NCBI RefSeq assembly: GCF_964355755.1
Contig: NC_092670.1
Coordinates: forward strand, 20,880,795-20,944,794
From: Antedon mediterranea
Taxonomy: Eukaryota; Animalia; Echinodermata
Direction: 5' to 3'
DNA: 64,000 nt
In this document: piece by piece, positions 60,752-64,000 of the stretch
Position numbering within the stretch: position 1 is the first letter of the stretch
Layout: each line of letters opens with the position of its first letter
Notes under the pieces: generated by a model
The model's database searches: none
What the model was told of the DNA's origin: nothing
What the model saw: only the letters and a program-made list of their open reading frames with translations
Translations under genes and position numbers: made by a program

Positions 60752-61705
60752 AAGACAAATGAGCATTATGTTGCAGCATTGGTCAATTACAGTTGACAGG
60801 ACATACAAAATACACAATGAATAAATAGAACACCCACATTGGATTAACATTAAACAATGTTGTGTTTAAATGTGAATACATTGGGGACAAAATCTGCATT
60901 TAGACAGATATAGATATAAAAGCTCTAGTCAAGCATTTAAGTCATTAAAATCAAAAGTGTGATTGTATGTAGATGTACTGAAGGTATTCCTAAATAAGGC
61001 TGGGTAGATGAGGGGGAGTGGGGGGAGAGGGGTATGCAGGGTGGGTGTGATGAAAGGTCAAGCAAACCCTAGTAAGTATTTAGGTTAATAATATGAGTGA
61101 CAATGACATCAAATTTAAACAAATATTAAACATAATACTAATTATTAATTCATATTGTAAAAATGTCTTAATTAATAATTTATTGATTTTACTAATGTAA
61201 TGACTTCCGATGATAACAGTTATTGCCATTCATTAATATCAAATATACAAATATTAAACATATTATTAGCATATACTAATTATTAATCGATATTGTAAAA
61301 ATTTCTTAAATATATTGATTTTACTAATGTACTGTATTCAATTCAAGGCAGAGTAATTTAAGTATCGTCCAGAGTTCACCAAACTATTTTTTTTACTTAA
61401 TATCATCAGACAATGAAAATCATTATAATTGATCCACCAACACAGAAGGTGCAAGGTAAATACAATAAGGAATGTACAGCAGTTGTCCATGATCAACATT
61501 GGGATTTAAAATTAGACTATATACACACACTTTGATAGGCATACAGCACCACCAACAGCTGGCCTTGTTAATTTGGTATAATGTAGTGTGCAGTCCGAGT
61601 CTGTTAGCGCCCCTATGTTTACATACATCGCATATTGATCATTTGTAGATCATGCCAGTTATTTTTAAACATATGCTTCATTGAGTTGATGTACAAAACT
61701 ACATA

Positions 61706-61708
<3 letters not shown>

Positions 61709-61748
<40 letters not shown>
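61709..61748. repeat. (TA)20 microsatellite
   Basis: Direct reading. Confidence 0.95.
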
Positions 61749-61751
<3 letters not shown>

Positions 61752-62623
61752 TAATAACTTTTGTATTCTATAAATATATAATAAATATATGCATAAGGAA
61801 ACTCTATATTTTACAGCGGGCGGATTCAGAATTTCTTGAAACGAGGTACCTGTACTCACTAATAATAAATTTGGCCGATGGGAACCTAGGCCTCCAGAGA
61901 TTTAAGGACACACGCTTTGATCATCATAGAAAGATCACAAAAATGGACAATTTTAAGGTGTTCCATTATCTATGTTGCTATCGCGTTGACAATAATTATT
62001 ATCATGTGGTCCCGCAGGTTAGAAATAGGACGCCAGCAGTGTTACAGTGCAAATGTACAGAATACCATACGGAACCATATGGACCCTGTGAAATCAACAG
62101 GCATCCTAAACATACAAAATTGATATGACAATTACTGGCGATAGAAGTAGACCTAAAACAATAGGACTTATCTATTGTAATGGCCTGATATTCTTTATAT
62201 GATAGTTTGCTAAAGGCAATATGGTTGTTCACATCAACTAAGACCACTTGAAACTGATAACAGCTCTATTCAAATCTTTCCTTTATTGATATTCAAGCAT
62301 AATGCAATGGCTTTTATTTTACACATTTGGGGTATGTTTTATTTATGATTGGCCAGCAAATTCTTTCATTTATGTACAGTATGGTGGAATACACAACAGT
62401 GATATAATTAAGGCAGCATCATTTTTGCATAATAAATCCACGAGCCAGGATCTCAAAACATTAATATACTTTATTGAAAGGGAGAAACTTTATGTTTAGA
62501 GATAATTATAGAAAATTACATACAGTATTACAAAGTAATTTGATTTTTTGAAATATTACATATAATCTAATTAGGATTCGCTGATTTCACTAGTCTGGCA
62601 TACAAAGTCTAGTAAAAAATGGA

Positions 62624-62916
62624 TCTGGGCTAGTCAGCTTAACTGGCTCTGGGCTAGTCAGTTTAACTGGCTCTGGGCTAGTCAGCTTAACTGGTTCTGG
62701 GCTAGTCTGCTTAACTGGCTCTGGGCTAGTCTGCTTAACTGGCTCTGGGCTAGTCTGCTTAACTGGCTCTGGGCTAGTCTGCTTAACTGGCTCTGGGCTA
62801 GTCTGCTTAACTGGCTCTGGGCTAGTCAGCTTAACTGGCTCTAGGATAGTCAGCTTAACTGGCTCTGGACTAGTCAGCTTAACTGGCTCTGGGCTAGTCA
62901 GCTTAACTGGCTCTGG
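62624..62916. repeat. 24-bp minisatellite, about 12 copies
   Basis: Unit CTCTGGGCTAGTC(A/T)GCTTAACTGG; it accounts for ORF 62590-62928 (PEPVK[L/Q]TS)n. Confidence 0.95.
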
Positions 62917-64000
62917 TTGTCGACTCAACTCGGCAGCTCAGAGATTGCAGTAATAAAAGAATTAGCCCATGAGTGGGCTTGTGAAAAAGCCAGTGTCAGA
63001 GCTATGGAAACTCACAATGAACTAGCCCAGTGGTGAAACAAAAATTTCAAAAATCGAGCCTTCTTATTAATTCTATCTATAACATGGCTAAAGTTCTATA
63101 GCATGACAGGAAAAAATAATTCAACAAAACAAAGTAGAAATAAAATAATCCTATATAAAAACAAATAGAAACATGTTAAAAGGGACAGAATGTCCGCAAT
63201 GAATCGAACTTCCTAAAGTCCAAAATAAAAGAAGGAATGTCGGCCTATTGATTTGACCGGGTTAACTGTTCTGTGTTGTCAGTAACACAGGTATCCTGGC
63301 CATTCACACTTGCTAATCAATACAATTAAATCCATTCTAATAATACTTGCAAAATGTAAGCCTCCCTTTAATTTGTAGTAAATATTGGTTAATTACAGAA
63401 ATACATATCTCCCTTTAATTTTGTAATCAATTTAATTTAATTCTCAATAAGATTTTCTTTTAATAACATTATCAATGCAATTTAACATCTTCATTTTATC
63501 CTGGTGAGCTTAATTGCTCAAATTTCTCTTTAATTAAAAGATGGGATATACCTCAAGAAATTTCTGGATCCAAGCAGATGCATAGGTTATTCCATATGGC
63601 AATATTGTATTTAAAATCTAAATATAGCAACAATGTCAAAATTTGATACAGTTATTGAAGTCGTACTGAAGATAAAACAATAGTTTGGTACACGGCATGA
63701 TGCCCTGTACACACTGACCATATTGTGCAAACACCGATATGAAAGACGATTCCTCTTGACGTCAGCGAACGGACAAGAATCACGAATAACTATGATGACA
63801 CGATATGACATTATTGTAATTGTCTCAGAGACAGCATTAGAAGAGACACAGGCCATTCAAAACACTTTACATATATCAATCAACCAATTACACCCGAGTC
63901 AATTAACTGCTTAGGTACTTGGAATCGAAAACAGCTTTTACTCTATCTGATTTGAAACTATATTCTGCTATTTTGAATATTTATTACTAATAAAATTATT

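Noticed and set aside
61871-62499. Cluster of short ORFs near the right end
   Set aside because: No coherent splice sites, motifs or compositional signal.
63611-63914. ORFs on both strands at the right edge
   Set aside because: No recognisable domain or convincing exon boundaries; could be UTR of a gene outside the window, but that cannot be supported here.

Overview
This is AT-rich eukaryotic DNA with spliceosomal introns, most likely from an invertebrate (a deuterostome such as an echinoderm is a guess from composition and repeat types). It holds three protein-coding units. (1) A complete 21-coding-exon DNA ligase I gene (LIG1, + strand, 4859-15893; the exons sum to 3057 nt = 1018 aa + stop). 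(2) A Tob/BTG-family gene whose CDS lies in one exon (- strand, 40744-41802). (3) The 5' exons of an unidentified gene transcribed divergently from LIG1 and running off the left edge. The remaining ~45 kb is non-coding. It contains several non-autonomous DNA transposon families with visible TIRs and target-site duplications, tRNA-derived SINEs, LINE-tail remnants and minisatellites. The most notable observations are: a histone-H3K9-mimic (TARK) motif in this invertebrate LIG1; strong enrichment of perfect CRE (TGACGTCA) and TAGGCCTA palindromes around Tob, both absent from the CpG-poor LIG1 body; a MITE that has formed a tandem array and inserted into itself; an element with a hairpin at each end and a 9-bp TSD; and an 892-bp foldback element. 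I see no CRISPR array, no autonomous transposase and no clearly new multi-gene system. All counts and coordinates were read by eye.
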